Assembly (NCBI GenBank): GCA_050309605.1
Contig: JBNRMN010000067.1
Coordinates: 148,136-212,135 of the forward strand
DNA: 64,000 bases
Direction: 5' to 3'
Origin: Anaerohalosphaeraceae bacterium
Lineage (GTDB): Bacteria; Planctomycetota; Phycisphaerae; Sedimentisphaerales; Anaerohalosphaeraceae
The notes under the pieces were generated by a model. It was not told the origin of the DNA, ran no database searches, and saw nothing but the letters and a program-made list of their open reading frames with translations. Shown in pieces: positions 63,285-64,000 of the stretch (positions are counted from its first letter, which is position 1; the number at the start of each line of letters is the position of its first letter). Made by a program: the position numbers and the translations under genes.

Positions 63285-63358
<74 letters not shown>

Positions 63359-63374
63359 ATTTCATTAACTACTT

Positions 63375-63414
63375 AAAATAAAGGACTTACAGCAATGTGG
63401 GTCCTTTATTTTTT
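63375..63414. terminator. Hairpin/terminator downstream of tRNA-fMet
   Basis: AAAATAAAGGACTTACA-GCAA-TGTGGGTCCTTTATTTT. Confidence 0.7.
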
Positions 63415-63546
63415 GCCCTCAAATCAGCAATTGTACAGTGTGTAGTTGTCAGGCGTGCGTAGGACAGTTGGAAGAGTGACAAATTGACGGTAATGGCTCA
63501 TTGAGAAAATTGAATATGCGACTGAAGCCAGTGGGCAAAGTCAGTC

Positions 63547-63830
63547 TGTATTGCCTCAATTGGAAATGGACAAATCCTTTTAAAGTGTTATTCTTTTGTG
63601 GACATTTTTGAAAGGGATTTGGCATGAGCAAGCAACGCAGGCGGTTTGAACCGGCAGAAAAGGTAAAAATCATTCGGGAACATCTTGTTGATAAGCGGCC
63701 GCTGTCGGAGGTGTGTGACCAGTACGGCATCGCCCCGACCCAGTTTTACCAGTGGCAAAAGCAGTTTTTTGAGCAGGGCGCGGCGATCTTTGAACCCCGG
63801 AAAAGGACTTGCGATCACAAAACCGGGGTG
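63547..63830 (+). mobile_element. Truncated IS3-family element (left end and partial orfA)
   Basis: TG-starting end TGTATTGCCTCAATTGGAAATGGACA; ORF from 63624 RRRFEPAEKVKII...SEVCDQYGIAPTQFYQWQKQF; no orfB; right boundary approximate. Confidence 0.8.
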
Positions 63831-63925
63831 ATAGGTGGTGGCTCTTTTTAATGGGGCGGATTTTTAATTTGTGGAGGCCGTTGCGGCCGTGTTGCAGTTA
63901 AGCAATTCTTATATGATTGAATAAG

Positions 63926-64000
63926 ATGGCGATAGTTGAGCCGATAGAGTTGTCGTTTGATCAGGGGACGCTTGTGCTGTCGGGGGCGGCGGGGCAGGTG
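63926..64000 (+). CDS. Start of a CDS running off the window, possibly an XPB-like DEAD/DEAH helicase
   Basis: MAIVEPIELSFDQGTLVLSG resembles the L.FD.GTL N-terminus of that family; only 25 codons visible. Confidence 0.35.
   Translation, partial: MAIVEPIELSFDQGTLVLSGAAGQV

Overview
High-GC bacterial chromosome segment. Gene content (PEP-CTERM, dockerin and prepilin-type proteins, a long multi-HTH sigma-70, no rpmD, r-protein indels) points to Planctomycetota, probably Phycisphaerae; this is inference. 1-29 kb mixes housekeeping genes (queA, ftsY, amidase, ribF, DHH phosphoesterase, rodA-like, purD) with accessory DNA. 29-63 kb is one contiguous translation/transcription supercluster (tRNA-Thr, tuf, rpmG, tRNA-Trp, secE, nusG, rplKAJL, rpoBC, rpsLG, fusA, S10, spc, alpha), followed by a HIT gene, tRNA-fMet and an IS3 remnant. 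Most notable: (1) a probable Zur-controlled metal-scavenging operon (12.3 to 8.2 kb, minus strand) with a perfect operator palindrome, a His-rich membrane protein, a Fur-family regulator, a CxxC...RAPP arrest-peptide-like ORF, a prepilin-like protein and two His-motif surface proteins; (2) ribosomal protein uL22 fused to an N-terminal XRE/Cro-like helix-turn-helix; (3) small, mostly broken genes bracketed by several families of 7- and 9-mer inverted repeats; (4) two candidate orphan non-coding RNAs (about 5.7-5.85 kb and 19.1-19.2 kb); (5) a BIME-like 129-bp repeat array whose hairpin loops vary only within the GNRA class. All family calls are by motif recognition; no searches were run.
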